From contig JALWMK010000033.1 of NCBI GenBank assembly GCA_027083925.1, forward strand, positions 211-64,210: DNA of 64,000 nucleotides. The letters are read 5' to 3'. The stretch's first letter is position 1, and each line of letters opens with the position of its first letter. Shown here in pieces: positions 63,561 through 64,000 of the stretch. Source of the stretch: Sedimenticola sp. (GTDB lineage: Bacteria > Pseudomonadota > Gammaproteobacteria > Chromatiales > Chromatiaceae). A model generated the notes under the pieces. The model saw only the letters and a program-made list of their open reading frames with translations, was not told where the DNA came from and did not search any database. The translations under genes and the position numbers were made by a program.

Positions 63561-64000
63561 TTGCAGCCTCGTTTACCGGCAGGGTAAAGCGAAAGATCGC
63601 CCCTTCGTGCTCCCTCGCTTCATAGTAAAGATTACCATTGTGAGCGTTGATGATCGCCATGCTGATGGACAGCCCCAGCCCCATGCCATGAGGCTTGCTG
63701 GTGACAAAGGGGTCGAATAGCTTGTCTAGCAGTTCCCGGTCTGCTCCCGGCCCGGTATCTTCAACAGAAGTGGTCACGGCATTGCTGCCGGCACAGCGGG
63801 TTTTCAGGGTAAGAATGCGCTTGCTTTGGCCAGTTTCTGCCATGGCCTCGATGGCGTTGCGGATCAGGTTCAGTATTACCTGGTCGATCTGGATGTGCTG
63901 GGCCTGAACCAAGGGAATATCCACATCCAGATCACGCACCACGCGAATGCCGGCCTTGCGGATTTCCGGCTCCAGCAACATCAGAACTTCTTCAATCAGC
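63550..64000 (-). CDS. histidine kinase, C-terminal HATPase part (FixL-like), truncated by window edge
   Basis: The open frame continues to position 64000. N-box LNLIRNAIEA and the motifs DTGPG and GMGLGLSIS. Overlaps the response regulator start. Confidence 0.8.
   Translation of the reverse strand, partial: LIEEVLMLLEPEIRKAGIRVVRDLDVDIPLVQAQHIQIDQVILNLIRNAIEAMAETGQSKRILTLKTRCAGSNAVTTSVEDTGPGADRELLDKLFDPFVTSKPHGMGLGLSISMAIINAHNGNLYYEAREHEGAIFRFTLPVNEAANER

Overview
64-kb window of a moderately GC-rich proteobacterial chromosome. The gene content (truncated Sox system soxX-soxA-soxY-soxZ-soxB without soxCD, PilS/PilR, Hda, FabA, GlnB) fits a sulfur-oxidising, probably gammaproteobacterial chemolithotroph. 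The taxon cannot be fixed from sequence alone. All family calls are motif recognition by eye; no database search was run. Positions 17-26121 form an accessory-looking redox/cofactor island in three tightly packed blocks. (1) Minus strand, 9979->17: six translationally coupled genes. These are a tandem-USP protein and an AhbD-like radical SAM/SPASM protein (together carrying nine copies of a ~40-aa W-x2-EA...VP-x-F-x-R repeat), a HemY-type FAD oxidase, a small membrane protein, a Cache/PAS histidine kinase and a sigma-54 activator. (2) Minus strand, 13415->10120: a HEAT-repeat protein, an amicyanin-like cupredoxin and a 42-aa membrane ORF. (3) Plus strand, 13875->26071: two unlisted ~50-aa membrane ORFs, a CydA-like (cytochrome bd superfamily) membrane protein with no CydB, a dihaem cytochrome c, a trihaem cytochrome c fused to an EB_dh/DOMON-like domain, and SCO1. 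They are followed by two dihaem cytochrome c peroxidases plus a Rieske/molybdopterin pair of the AioBA/IdrBA family. That last gene set matches iodate reductase idrP1P2BA better than a canonical arsenite oxidase locus. Candidate divergent sigma-54 promoters sit between blocks 2 and 3. The rest of the window (26.2-64 kb) is mostly housekeeping: hda, wrbA-like, arsC, yihY, a Trx-Trx-TolC-HlyD-acylphosphatase operon, sfsA, cpdA, fabA, proS, argG, pilSR, nadE, glnB, phoU, bolA/grx, hisI and gloB. It ends with the sox cluster and a FixLJ-type two-component system truncated at the window edge. I recognised no rRNA, tRNA, CRISPR array, transposase or phage gene. Several families of short dispersed palindromic (REP/MITE-like) repeats occupy intergenic regions.
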